A stretch of DNA of 64,000 bases. Source: an uncultured bacterium. Its GTDB lineage: Bacteria; Krumholzibacteriota; Krumholzibacteriia; Krumholzibacteriales; Krumholzibacteriaceae. The notes below the pieces were generated by a model. That model was not told the DNA's origin. It saw nothing but the letters and a program-made list of their open reading frames with translations, and did not search any database. Positions 36,411 through 47,132 of this stretch are shown piece by piece (within the stretch, counting starts at the first letter, position 1; every line of letters begins with the position of its first letter). The stretch spans positions 6,590-70,589 of the forward strand of contig CAVVEY010000014.1 in assembly GCA_963747385.1 (NCBI GenBank). Direction: 5' to 3'. Position numbers and translations under genes: made by a program.

Positions 36411-38609
36411 GTGCATTTTCGCATAAAACACATCGATCGAACGGGCGCCGTTTTCTCGGCCGCGGCCGCCCTTCTCCTGGCCGCGTTTCACCCGCTCGCG
36501 TCGAGCGCCTCCGCGGCCGCTCAATCAGGGAAAGGGACGGGCGTCCCTCCGGCACCCGAATATCGTATTGTCGACAAGATCGAGGGATTCAGGCTCGAAC
36601 GGCTCGTGCGCGCGCTGAGCGGCGCGGATTCGATATTTTCCGGCTCCGACAGGACGCGGATCGCGACGAGGCACGCGCTCTCCACCGGGATGGACGTCGT
36701 TCGACGCTACCTGATCGATGAAATCCGAGACGCGGGATACGAGCCTTCGATCGGGAGATTCATTCTCAATATCTCCGTGCCCGATCTCACGGGAGCCGCC
36801 CTTTCGGGCGCCGGCGACACCGTCTGGGTCGCGGATACCGGAGGGAAGATCTATCGGACGACGGCGATCGGCGGCCGGCCGGCGTTCGTCCGGTGCGGGA
36901 GCACCGGCCAGATTATCTACAGTCTCGAGCGCGACACGCGGGGGAGGCTCTGGGCGCCCTGCAGAATCGACCGGTTCCGCGTACGGCGCTTTGTATATGT
37001 CCGCGGACGGCGGCTCGAGCTGGAGCCTCAAGGCGTCGGGGACGGATATGTACACCCTTGGATCCGTCGCCTTCTCGGGCGAGCAGCTCGGCATGGCCGC
37101 CGGATCGAACGGCACCGTCGTCAGGACGGCCGATTTCGGCGAATCGTGGTCGGCGCTCGATCCCGCGACCTTCGGGTACGAGGCGTTCAACGGAATCGCG
37201 GCGAGCGGCCCGATGCGCTTCTGGCTCGTCAGCGACGCCGGCTATCTCTACGAGACGCCGGATTTCGGCTCGACGTGGAGCAGGCGCTCCCTCATGTTCG
37301 GCAGGCTCTCCGGGATCGATTTCTACGGCGAGAGCGCCGGGGTCGTCGTCGGCTACGGAAAGGCGTTCTACACGAAGGACGCCGGGGCGACCTGGACCTC
37401 CGTCTCCGTGGCCACCGATTTCACCGCGGTGCGCATGGGCGATTCCCTGAGGGTCGTCGCGTCCGGCACTGGCGGAGAGATATGGACGAGCGAGGACGGC
37501 GGGGTCACGTGGGGGAGGTTCGGGACCGAGTGCTCCGTCGCGCGCGACGTGTGGTCGATCGCCTCCGTCGGGGACGGCGCCTACTGGCTCGCGGGAAGGG
37601 ATCTCGTGCGGCGCGTCTCGTGGAATTCCCCCCTCAAGGATTGCGCGGCGGTTCAGTTCGCCGACACCGTTTGGGGGGAGAACATCTCGTTCCGCCGCGA
37701 AGGGGAGAAGGAGCCTGACCGGAGATTCCTTCTCACCGCGCACTATGACTCGAAATCCGCCACCCCGTTCGATTGCGCGCCCGGGGCCGACGACAACGCG
37801 TCGGGCGTCGCCGGGGTCCTCGAGTGCGCGCGTATTCTGCGCGAGGAACGCCTCGAGCGCTCGGTCGAGTTCGTTCTCTTCGACGGGGAGGAGCTCGGGC
37901 TTCTCGGGAGCCGTTTCTATGCGGCCGCGCTCGACACCGGCGTCGTGTACGAAGGGGTCCTCAACCTCGACATGATCGGCTGGACGGCGAACGCGGGGGC
38001 GATGTCGGCGGTCATCGCGAAGCGGGCCGGCGCGACGCCCGATACGATTCTCGCCGACGCGATGGAAGAGGCGATCGATTCGTTCGCTCTCCCGCTCGCG
38101 ACGTCGTATCTCCTCCCGGGGGAGCCGGGCACGAGCGATCACGTCGCGTTCTGGGACGCCGGTGTCCCCGCCGTGCTTCTGATCGAGGGCAGGGCCGGAC
38201 GAGACGGACGCCCTACTATCATACGTGCGGGGACCAGGCGAACACGCTGAACTACGCCTATCTCGAGGTCTGCTCGAAGACCGCTCTCGGCGCGATCGCG
38301 ATCCTCGCGGGGATCGTCCCCGAAGAGACGCCGCGCTTCGCGCTGCGCCAGAACTATCCCAATCCATTCAACGCGGGCACGGTGCTGTCCTATTCGCTGG
38401 AGGCGCCGGCCGTGGTCGAGCTCGCGGTCTACGACGTCTCGGGACGCCGCGTCGCGCTCATCGAACGCTCGAGCAGGGGGCCGGGAGAGCACGTGCGAGC
38501 GTGGGACGGGCGGGACGATAGCGGCCGGCGCCTCGCGAGCGGCGTCTATTTCCTGCGCCTCCGCGCCGGCAGGACCGAGGCGGTCAGGAAGATCGTGATT
38601 CTGAGATGA
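36411..38609 (+). CDS. M28 family metallopeptidase with inserted BNR/Ycf48-like beta-propeller repeats and FlgD-Ig / T9SS-type C-terminal domain; frame broken twice
   Basis: GTG after GGAAGGA, then a signal peptide. Repeats of the SxDxGxTW type are present (SADGGSSW, TADFGESW, TPDFGSTW, TKDAGATW, SEDGGVTW). M28 motifs are LTAHYDS, PGADDNASGVAGVLE, FDGEELGLLGS, LNLDMIG and YYHTCGD. The CTD reads QNYPNPFNAGTVLSY...VYDVSGRRVA...WDGRDDSGRRLASGVYFLRL...KIVILR*. Shifts are near 36960 (+1) and 38195 (-1). Confidence 0.8.
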
Positions 38610-38642
38610 GTGCGCGGGGCGCAGTTGCCGGGGCTCGCGAAC

Positions 38643-39785
38643 CTAGAGGGTATCGAGCAGCCGCGCGACCTCTCTCTCCGTATTGTAGAAATGGGGGGTG
38701 AGCCTGATGGCTCCCATGCGGAGGCTCACGATGACGCGCGCCTTGCCGAGCTTCTTGTAGAGCGCCTCCGTGCTCTATCTTCGGATGGCGAAAGCAGAGG
38801 ATTCCCGATCGTTCGCCGTCACCGCGGGGGCTCGCGATCAGGTACCCCCGCGAAACGCAAGCCTTCCTCCAGCGACTCCGTAAGCCCGAGAATCCTGCGC
38901 TCCACGTTCGCCGTGCCGATCTCGAGAAAGCGATCGATCGAGGCGCCGAGCCCCGCGATCCCGTACAGGTTGAGCGTGCCTTCCTCGAATCTCGCCGCGT
39001 CCGGGCGGGGCGTCGGGTCGTGATCGAAGAAGGACCACGCGTTCTTCACGCCTCTCCAGCCGGGGTTCGAGACGTCGAGCTCGTCGAGGAGCTCGCGGCG
39101 GCAGTAGAAGAACCCCGTCCCCACGGGGCCGAGAAGCCACTTGTGCCCTCCGGTCGAGAGAAAATCGATCCCCATGGCGCGCACGTCGCAGCGGAGCATG
39201 CCGAGCGACTGGATGCCGTCGACGTGGAGGTAGATCCCGCGCTCGCGGCAGAAACGCCCGAGCTTCGCGACGATCGACGCGATAGCCGTTCGAGAACTGG
39301 ACCGAGCTCACCGTCACGCAGCGGGTCCGCGCGGTGCAGGCGCGCTCGAGCATCTCCGCCGTGATTCTGCCCTCCCGCGGCTTCACGAAGATGACCCGTA
39401 CGCCTCGTTTCTCGAGGCCGAGCCACGGGAAGACGTTCGCGGGGAACTCGATCGACGGCATGACGACGTTGTCGCCGCGCTTCCAACGAATGCCGTTCGC
39501 CGCGAGCAGCACCCCCTGCGTCGTATTCTTGGTGAACGCGATCTCGTCGCTCCGGGCGCCGATGAGGCGCGCCGCCGACTTCCGCGCCTTCTCGATGCGG
39601 GCGAACATCTCCTCCTCGCAGAGAACGCCCTGCGCGAGGAAGCCGTTCGAGACGGCGTTCATGGCGTCGATCACGCGGGTCGAGAGCGGGCTCACCGCGG
39701 CGTGGTTGAAATAGATATAGCGCTTCGCGGCGGGGAACTCCCTCCGGTAGCGGCTCCAGTCGATATTCGCGTATTTCGTTTTCAC
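38643..39785 (-). pseudogene. Class V aminotransferase (cysteine desulfurase / selenocysteine lyase-like), at least three frame breaks
   Basis: GTG after GGAGG. Contains YFNHAAVSP and SSVQFSNGYRVD. A shift near 39274 gives VAKLGRFCRERGIYLHVDGIQSLG...STGGHKWLLGP (PLP Lys). A shift near 38847 gives YLIASPRGDGERSGILCF. A shift near 38770 gives EALYKKLGKARVIVSLRMGAIRLTPHFYNTEREVARLLDTL* (TAG 38645-38643). Confidence 0.7.
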
Positions 39786-39994
39786 TCGCACCTCCGTGTC
39801 GCGGTCGCGCCCCGGGTGGAAAATACACGGAGCGGCGCGCCCCGGACAAGCATAAAACGGGGGAGGCGATCCGCGACCGGCGATCGCGCGCGCGGGCATA
39901 AAGAAGGTCGCCGCTGCCGTCCTGTTCTGATATCATGGCCGTGCGCCGGAGCGGCCGGCGCGACAGGGTCCGCGTCGATTCGGGGAGGAACCGG

Positions 39995-41323
39995 GTGACA
40001 TTCGCTCGAAACGTATCCGTCACCTTGGCGACGAGAGCCGCGCTCATCGTGATCGGTCTCGTGACGAGCGTCGTCATGGCGCGCGCTCTCGGCCCCGCGG
40101 GGAAAGGGCTCTTCTCGCTCGCGGTCGTCGCGTCGAGCATGGTTTTCTACGCGACGAACCTCGGCGTGGGCGCGGTTTCGGGATATTATCTCGGGCGGAA
40201 GAAGACGCCGGTAGCGGAGCTCGCGGGCAACTTATTGAGCCTCTCCGTCGCGATCGGAGTCGCCGCGCTCGCGGTCTCGCTCGCGTTCTCGGGCGTTCTC
40301 GTGTCGCGGTTCATCCCGTCGGTGCCGCTCTGGGCGGTCGTCGTCGCGCTCTTCACCGTTCCGTTCTCCGGCCTCCTGTACAACTTCCAGATGCTCTTTC
40401 GGGCGAAGAACGATTTCCGCAATTTCAACGTCGTCGAGGCCCTGCAGCCCGGCTCGTTCTTCGTGCTCTTCGTTCTCTGCGCGGTGTTCGTTCCGACGCG
40501 CCTGTTCGGAGCGTCCGTCGCCGTTTTCCTGGTTTCGAACGTCATCGCGGGGCTCGGCGCCGTGCTCCTCATGCGGCGCTGCGTGCAGTTCGGGTTCCGG
40601 TGGGACCCGGCAATCGTGAAGGGAACGCTCAGGTTCGGCGTCCAGCAGAACGCCGCGAGTTTTCTCGACATCCTCAATTACCGGTTCGATATGCTCCTCG
40701 TGAACTATTTTCTCGATCCCGCGCACGTCGGATTCTACTCGATCTCGCTCGTCATCCCCGAGAAGCTCTGGAACATCCCGAACGTTCTCTCGTCGGTGCT
40801 CCATCCGCGCGTCGCGAACGCGGGAGACGAGAGCGACGCGAACCGGGATACGGCGCGGGTCTCGCGGATCACCGTTCTGATCATCGGCGCGGCGTGCGCG
40901 GCGATTCTTCTTCTCGGCCGGCTGGCGATCCGGCTGCTCTTCTCGGACCGGTTTCTGCCCGCCGTCACGCCGATGTTCATACTCCTCCCGGGGATTCTCA
41001 CGATCAGCGTCGCCAAGGTGCTCACGAGCGCTCTCGTCGCGCGAGGCTATCCGCGCGCGAACCTGTGGGCGGGACTCGTCGCCGTCGTTTCGAACGTCGC
41101 CTGCAACGTCGTCCTGATCCCGCGCATGCAGCTCAACGGCGCGGCGCTCGCCTCGACCGTTTCGTATACGCTGTACGCGGTGGTTATCGTGATCTACTTC
41201 ATGCGTGTCAGCGGCGTGAGGTTCGGTTCGCTCGTCGTTCCGACCGCCGGGGACGCGCGCTATCTCGCTCGCACCGTCGGGGGCGAGCTGTCCCGCATAT
41301 TCGCTCCGAAGGGGGAGCGGTAG
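39995..41323 (+). CDS. Polysaccharide flippase (Wzx-like, MOP superfamily)
   Basis: GTG after GGAGGA. It is a polytopic membrane protein with ...ARALGPAGKGLFSLA near the N-terminus, as in polysaccharide-biosynthesis proteins. Confidence 0.8.
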   Translation: MTFARNVSVTLATRAALIVIGLVTSVVMARALGPAGKGLFSLAVVASSMVFYATNLGVGAVSGYYLGRKKTPVAELAGNLLSLSVAIGVAALAVSLAFSGVLVSRFIPSVPLWAVVVALFTVPFSGLLYNFQMLFRAKNDFRNFNVVEALQPGSFFVLFVLCAVFVPTRLFGASVAVFLVSNVIAGLGAVLLMRRCVQFGFRWDPAIVKGTLRFGVQQNAASFLDILNYRFDMLLVNYFLDPAHVGFYSISLVIPEKLWNIPNVLSSVLHPRVANAGDESDANRDTARVSRITVLIIGAACAAILLLGRLAIRLLFSDRFLPAVTPMFILLPGILTISVAKVLTSALVARGYPRANLWAGLVAVVSNVACNVVLIPRMQLNGAALASTVSYTLYAVVIVIYFMRVSGVRFGSLVVPTAGDARYLARTVGGELSRIFAPKGER

Positions 41324-41366
41324 ACTTCCGGCGCGCGGCTTTCGATCCCTCGCCTCGCGCCGACGA

Positions 41367-42218
41367 TTATCGTTTGCGGGCTTGTACGGTGAGGTCGGAG
41401 CACACGAGGTCGGCGTCGGAGATATCTTTCCATCGTCGGGAAAGCCGCGATCGAGCGATCCCGTCGGTCCGGTCCACTCGTTTCGTCGAAACGATCTCGA
41501 ATCCGTTCTTCTTCAGAAGATCGAGATGCGCCGAGCAGGGCTGCCGATTGAGCAGGTAGGGCCGCCTGCCGACGATCGCCTTCCACAGAAATTCGGGGTA
41601 CGCGCGGTAACCGTTCCACTTCTCCGCGGTGCCGTGGGCCGTGAAGTCGATCTGGTGGGACATCATCCCGCCCGGCTTCAACCACAGGGAAAGGGCCCGA
41701 TAGGTGCTCTCGAGATCGACGACGTGCTCCAGCACGGCGTGCGATACGATGACGTCGACCGACTCCGGCTCGATCGCGCGAATGTCGGACCACGGCACCA
41801 TGTATCTGATCGTCACTCCCTTGTGCTCGGATCCCGGAGAGGCGATCGCGTCTCGTATCAGCGATATTCTCTCGTCGGACAGCGACGCGTCCCGCGCCTT
41901 CGACAGCGCCGCGAGATCGTCGAATATCGCGAGGTTGGATCCGGTATTCGAGAATCGCACGACGTCGAGGGCGTAGTAGCGATCGACGCCCGAGAGGAGC
42001 GCCGCGAGCCCGACCCCGATGGAATCTCCCGGCCCGAGCTCGGCGAGCGTGCAGGGCGTCGCGCGCATGCCGCCCGAGCGCAGCAACGCGAGATGCTTGA
42101 GCCATACATCGAGGCAATAGGACGCGCTATTCGTACCTCCGGTGCGCCCCTTCGGCAGAATCTTCGCCGCGCCGGGGATGAACGTCAGAAGACCTTTGAC
42201 GACCGGTTTGATTACCAT
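41367..42218 (-). CDS. Class I SAM-dependent methyltransferase
   Basis: Start at MVIKPVVKG. Contains LAELGPGDSIGVGLAALL, DVIVSHAVLEHV and LKPGGMMSH. Confidence 0.75.
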   Translation of the reverse strand: MVIKPVVKGLLTFIPGAAKILPKGRTGGTNSASYCLDVWLKHLALLRSGGMRATPCTLAELGPGDSIGVGLAALLSGVDRYYALDVVRFSNTGSNLAIFDDLAALSKARDASLSDERISLIRDAIASPGSEHKGVTIRYMVPWSDIRAIEPESVDVIVSHAVLEHVVDLESTYRALSLWLKPGGMMSHQIDFTAHGTAEKWNGYRAYPEFLWKAIVGRRPYLLNRQPCSAHLDLLKKNGFEIVSTKRVDRTDGIARSRLSRRWKDISDADLVCSDLTVQARKR

Positions 42219-42232
42219 TCGTATTCGATCGC

Positions 42233-44248
42233 TCAGCGGATCAGGATCATTTTCCTCGTTCGCGAGAACGATCCCGCATCGAGGCGGTACAGATAGACCC
42301 CGCTCGATACCGCCGCGCCCCTCGAGTCCGTGCCGTCCCAAACCCGCGCGTACGTTCCCGCGGAGAGCGGCTCCTCGGCGAGCGCGCGCACGAGACGCCC
42401 CGCCGCGTCATAGATTCGCAGGGAAACTGCCGCGGGTTCGGTCAGGCTGAAGCGGATCGTCGTCGCCGGATTGAACGGATTCGGATAGTTCTGGTCGAGG
42501 GCCGCGAAGGACGGAACATCCCCGCCCGCCGGCGCGAGCTCCGTCTTGTCGCAGAGAATCCAGTGGTCCGGATCGAGCGCGGCGCCGAGCGCGGAGTCGG
42601 CGAGCGCGACGTGAAACTCCTCGTGCCGGTCGTCCACCCAGAAGACGGTGTCGATGACGCCGGAAGCGGTCGTTATCCTGAAATCGACGGGCATCGCGTA
42701 GAGAACGGGCTGCACCTGGTCGACGACGATCGTCAGGTTGAATCCGTCGTTCAGCCGGTAGCATTTACCCGAATACCGGTAGCCGAGGCGATCGGTGCGC
42801 GTGAGCCATTCGTCGAAGAACCAGGAGAGGGACTCGCCGTAGCGCGCCTCGCAGAGCGCCTTGAAGTCGTCCGTCTCGGCCGCCCCGAAGCGATACCGCG
42901 GATCGGCGCAGTAGTCCTTGAGGATCTGGAAGAAATCTCCGTCCCCGACGACGTGCCGCAGCATGTGCAGCACCCACGAGCCCTTGTCGTAGACGACGTT
43001 GTCGAAATAGTACCATGGATCGGTGTTGTCGGGATCGCGGAGCACCGGGCCGTTCCAGCGAGAGGGGTGATCCTCCGATTCCATATACGTTTTGAGCTTC
43101 GCGGGGCCCTGCAGGTGCTCGAACCAGAGCGCCTCGCTGTAGCTCGCGAACCCCTCGTTGAGCCATATGTGCGTCCAGTCCTTGCAGGTGATCATGTCGC
43201 CGAACCACATGTGCGCCATCTCATGCACGAACACCCAGTCGTAGTAGTGATTCCCCGTCACGAGCGCGGAACCGTAGCTCGTGAGGGTCTGGTGCTCCAT
43301 GCCGCCTCCGATGGGGCAGAGCGCCACGCCGTACTTCTCTGAGACGAACGGATAGAGCCCGAACGTCTCGGAGAAGAACGCGAGCGCCGGCACGGTTATG
43401 CTGAAATCGACCAACGCCTTCGCCTGGAGAGCCGGGTAGACGTAATGCGTCACCGGCATCGTATCTCCGGGGGCATAGACGAAACGGTCGTCGAGTCTCA
43501 CGTAGTAGGCCGCGGTGACCGAGGCGAGGTACGTCGTCATCGGATAGTCCTCGCGCCAGCGGTAGCGGCGGTAGGGCACGCCCCATCGCGTCTCGTCGGT
43601 GTATCCGAGGTACGTGCCGTTCGATGCGGCGAAGAGGGGAACGGGCACGGAGAAATAGAGATCGAAGGTGGCCTTGTCGTCGGGATAGTCCTTGCAGGGC
43701 CACCAACCCCTCGCCGACCACGGCTCGCTGAGCGAGTAGATGAGCGGATACCCCGCGGCGCTCGAGAAGAAGAGGCCGGGTTCCGCGGCCGAGCCCGGGC
43801 TTCCGCTGTAGAGCACCTCGATGTCGATCGTATCTCCCGGCAAGACGCCCGCGGGAAGATCGATCGTGACGAGGCCGCTCGAACGGGTCCATTCGAGCGT
43901 GTCGCCGCTCGCCCTGCGCGCGCCCGAAATCGCGAGCGCGTCGTCCGCGTCGAGCTCGACGACGCCGAGCGTCCCCGCGACCGGCGTGATCCTCGCCGTG
44001 ACGCTTCCTTCGACGATCCACGCGGACGGATTGATCGCGAGATCGATCGTGTAATGGACGACGTCGTAGAGGAGCTGGCCCGGTCTCGGCTGCGGCGCGA
44101 GGAGAGGCTTGAACGCCGACGCGCGCTGCACCCTCGCGATCTCCATTCTCCTGAGAATGTCGCCGTGGATCTTCTCGAACGGGGATTGAGCGGCGGCCGA
44201 TGCGGCGACGGCACAAAGACCAAAGGCGAAAACAAGCTTCCTCAACAT
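42233..44248 (-). CDS. M1 family metallopeptidase (aminopeptidase N-like) with FlgD-Ig / T9SS-type C-terminal domain
   Basis: ATG (MLRKLVFAFGL...) after AAGGAGA. Contains GGMEHQT and VHEMAHMWFGD...WLNEGFASY (HExxH-18-E). The CTD reads QNYPNPFNPATTIRFSL...IYDAAGRLVRAL...WDGTDSRGAAVSSGVYLYRL...KMILIR*. Confidence 0.9.
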   Translation of the reverse strand: MLRKLVFAFGLCAVAASAAAQSPFEKIHGDILRRMEIARVQRASAFKPLLAPQPRPGQLLYDVVHYTIDLAINPSAWIVEGSVTARITPVAGTLGVVELDADDALAISGARRASGDTLEWTRSSGLVTIDLPAGVLPGDTIDIEVLYSGSPGSAAEPGLFFSSAAGYPLIYSLSEPWSARGWWPCKDYPDDKATFDLYFSVPVPLFAASNGTYLGYTDETRWGVPYRRYRWREDYPMTTYLASVTAAYYVRLDDRFVYAPGDTMPVTHYVYPALQAKALVDFSITVPALAFFSETFGLYPFVSEKYGVALCPIGGGMEHQTLTSYGSALVTGNHYYDWVFVHEMAHMWFGDMITCKDWTHIWLNEGFASYSEALWFEHLQGPAKLKTYMESEDHPSRWNGPVLRDPDNTDPWYYFDNVVYDKGSWVLHMLRHVVGDGDFFQILKDYCADPRYRFGAAETDDFKALCEARYGESLSWFFDEWLTRTDRLGYRYSGKCYRLNDGFNLTIVVDQVQPVLYAMPVDFRITTASGVIDTVFWVDDRHEEFHVALADSALGAALDPDHWILCDKTELAPAGGDVPSFAALDQNYPNPFNPATTIRFSLTEPAAVSLRIYDAAGRLVRALAEEPLSAGTYARVWDGTDSRGAAVSSGVYLYRLDAGSFSRTRKMILIR

Positions 44249-44346
44249 AGCGCTTCTCCTTGAAATCAATTGTCTTACGGGTAATTATAACATTTCCGCG
44301 AGGCTTTGCCAAATTATGGTTTCGTGATCGGTTCCGCGCTCCGAGG

Positions 44347-45642
44347 CTATTTCTTGTCGAGGTGGCTTTGGCCGCGACGCATCCGCGCGACATTCGCCGG
44401 ATATCCCGGCATGAATGCGCCGAGGCGGCAGATGCTCCCGGCCCGGCTCAGGTAGTGGACGAGGTCGAAGTGGAGCGGGTGCAGGACCGGCACGAAGACG
44501 CCGCCAGAGGCCGCCGCCCGCTCGAATCGATCGACGAGCGATTTCTCGAGCTCCCGCTGGAAGTCGGGCCCCGGCTCGACGTCGAGATCGGCGAAATGCT
44601 GCCCGATGCTCAGCGTGCGCATCGGCTTCATGCCGGCCGGAAGGTGGAGCGGGTGGAAGAAGCTGTTGCGGTACATCGTTTCGTACGCGAAGCCGGCCGC
44701 CTCGATCGCGGCCCGCGCGTTCGGCGATCGATTGCTGTTCAGCTCGCCGCCGTGCATGCAGACGCCCGACACCTCCCGCCCGACGATGTATTCGAGGAGC
44801 TGCTTTTCCCCCGCAGCCGATTTGAACTCGTCTCCGAAGCGTTTCGCCGTCGTCACGAACTCGCCGTTCAGCGCGATCTCGGTGTCGCCGATCCGTTCGA
44901 GATACCGTCCGATCTCGCGCGCGCCGTAGAACGGACCGCATGGCCGGACGTACGCGGTGCTCCGCATGCCGTATTTTCCCTCGAGCTCGTGAATGAGCGG
45001 CATGTTCACGATCGCCCTGTCGACGTCGAAGCGCGGGCTCACGCAGACGCGGTAGGGGCGGCTGTCCCGGTGCGGAAGAGTCCAGAGCCGGAGCTCGGGG
45101 ATGCCGCGGCTCGCGTGCGCGGCGCGGACCGCCGCGCGGAGCGAGGCGATATCGTCCTCGCCGTAGCGCCGGCGGAGGTTCGCCATGTCGCGAAGCCGCG
45201 CGAGGAGCGGCTCGAGCGTCGCCATCCTGATGTCCGCGACGTCGTCGAGGTAGGCGGACGCGACGTGCCCGTACCCGAGGTGCCCGAATATTTCCCGCGC
45301 GAAATCCTGATTCATCGAGGCGCAGTGATAGCTGATCTCGACCGCGCCGGGGGGAACGTTCGAAGAGACGGGACAGGTGAAGGGCGGAACGCGCAGCTCC
45401 TTGCCGTCGATCTCGACGACGGAGTCTTTGAGGGCGCAGGAGACGTCGAGTGTTCCCGGCCGGGCGACCCGCAGGTCGAGCGCCGCCGCGCCCCGCGCCT
45501 GCCACCACGCGGCGATCTCGCGCTGCGGCGCCTTCCACGCGTCGCCGTGCGCGTCGACGTGCCTGAGAAGGCCTTCATAGGGAAAGCGATTCTTCGCGTG
45601 ACGGTGCAGGAGGATCGCCCGCTGCAGAATTCCGAAATTCAT
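44347..45642 (-). CDS. Hypothetical protein, possibly polysaccharide deacetylase-like
   Basis: 431-aa uninterrupted ORF with protein-like composition, co-oriented with the M1 peptidase and methyltransferase genes. The functional call rests only on weak resemblance, so it is low confidence. Confidence 0.4.
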   Translation of the reverse strand: MNFGILQRAILLHRHAKNRFPYEGLLRHVDAHGDAWKAPQREIAAWWQARGAAALDLRVARPGTLDVSCALKDSVVEIDGKELRVPPFTCPVSSNVPPGAVEISYHCASMNQDFAREIFGHLGYGHVASAYLDDVADIRMATLEPLLARLRDMANLRRRYGEDDIASLRAAVRAAHASRGIPELRLWTLPHRDSRPYRVCVSPRFDVDRAIVNMPLIHELEGKYGMRSTAYVRPCGPFYGAREIGRYLERIGDTEIALNGEFVTTAKRFGDEFKSAAGEKQLLEYIVGREVSGVCMHGGELNSNRSPNARAAIEAAGFAYETMYRNSFFHPLHLPAGMKPMRTLSIGQHFADLDVEPGPDFQRELEKSLVDRFERAAASGGVFVPVLHPLHFDLVHYLSRAGSICRLGAFMPGYPANVARMRRGQSHLDKK

Positions 45643-45968
45643 GGGCGCCGCTCGCGGTTTATGGAACTCGAGCTTCTTCAGAAATCCCTTTAGCGACGTA
45701 TGCTTCTACAATACTTACAATTAGCATCGCGACGCGCCGCGGTCAAGGCAATTTCCCGCGCTCGCCGCCTCCGCGGCCGTTGCTTTGGAAGCGAGTACTC
45801 TGATACAATCGGCCGTCTTCAAGAGGGAGAATCCGCGGCGCGTAACGTGGGGAGCAGGCTATCCATACCGACGATAGAAAACGACTGGCAGGCAACTTCG
45901 CATCCCTGTCGGCGCTGCAGATAGCCAACTATATTCTCCCGTTCATCACGGTCCCGTATCTGACCAGG

Positions 45969-47132
45969 GTGCTCGGACCCGCCAACTACGGCCTGATAGG
46001 CTTCGCCGCCGCTTTGATCAATTACTTCACCATACTGACGGGATACGGTTTCAACCTGTCGGCCACGAAGGAGATTTCTCTGAAAAGGGACGACCGGGAG
46101 AGGATATCCAGGATATTCAGCTCGGTGATGGTCATAAAAGCGGGACTCCTCGCGCTGAGCCTGATCCTTGTCCTGGTTATCGTCTACTCGTTCGGCAAAT
46201 TCAGGGCGGATGCGAGCATATATCTATTTTCCTTCGGGCTCGTGGTCGGCAACGCGCTCTTTCCCGTGTGGCTGTTTCAGGGCATGGAGCGCATGAAATA
46301 CATGACGTATATCAACCTCGCCGGCCGCGTCGCGCTCACCGTCGCGATTTTCGTTTTCATATCCGGGAAGGGCGACTATGTGTTGTACGCGATCCTGAGC
46401 TCGGCGACATCGGTGCTGGTCGGCGTCGCGAGCCTCTGGTGCGCCATGAGGGTCTTCGATATCAGATTCGTGCTTCCCTCCTTCGATGAATTGCGGCGAC
46501 AAGCGATCGAAGGCTGGTACGTTTTCATCTCTTCGATCAGCATCGTTCTCTATACGTCATCGACCACGTTCCTGCTCGGGCTCTTCACGAATAATACCGT
46601 CGTGGGGTATTTCACCGGGGCCGACAAGATACGGCAGGCCGTTCAGGGGCTTTTCACCCCCGTATTCCAGACGCTGTATCCCTACGTCAACAAGCTCGTG
46701 CACGATTCGAAAGAAGAAGCGCTGAAGTTCATGAGGAAAGAGGCGCTCTATTTCGGTCTCATCGGGGGTTCCATCTGCTTGCTCGTCTTTCTCAACGCGG
46801 AGTTTCTGGTCGGCGTCGTCCTCGGCAAGGAGTATTCCGCGTCGGTCGATCTCCTGCGGATATTGGCGTTCGCTCCCGTGCTGATCATTCTCGGCAATAT
46901 CCTGACGGTGCAATGCCTGCTCTCGTTGGGCCTGAAGAGAGACTACTCCCTTGTGTATGTCCTCTCGAGCGTGGTCGGCGTTTCCGCCATGATCTACTTG
47001 ACCCATGAGTATGGGGCCCGGGGCGTATCGTTTTCGGTGGTGCTCGTGGAAGCGCTCGCCATCGCCCTGACGCTCTATCGGCTGCGCGCGAACGGCATAA
47101 ATCTGTTCGGCGCGCCGGGAAGGCGGCCATGA
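45969..47132 (+). CDS. Polysaccharide flippase (Wzx-like); true 5' end probably upstream (about 45850) with unclear start or possible frame break
   Basis: Polytopic membrane protein. The frame stays open upstream (…KRLAGNFASLSALQIANYILPFITVPYLTRVLGPANYG) without a canonical start. A GTG after a purine-rich stretch lies in another frame. Confidence 0.75.
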   Translation: MLGPANYGLIGFAAALINYFTILTGYGFNLSATKEISLKRDDRERISRIFSSVMVIKAGLLALSLILVLVIVYSFGKFRADASIYLFSFGLVVGNALFPVWLFQGMERMKYMTYINLAGRVALTVAIFVFISGKGDYVLYAILSSATSVLVGVASLWCAMRVFDIRFVLPSFDELRRQAIEGWYVFISSISIVLYTSSTTFLLGLFTNNTVVGYFTGADKIRQAVQGLFTPVFQTLYPYVNKLVHDSKEEALKFMRKEALYFGLIGGSICLLVFLNAEFLVGVVLGKEYSASVDLLRILAFAPVLIILGNILTVQCLLSLGLKRDYSLVYVLSSVVGVSAMIYLTHEYGARGVSFSVVLVEALAIALTLYRLRANGINLFGAPGRRP

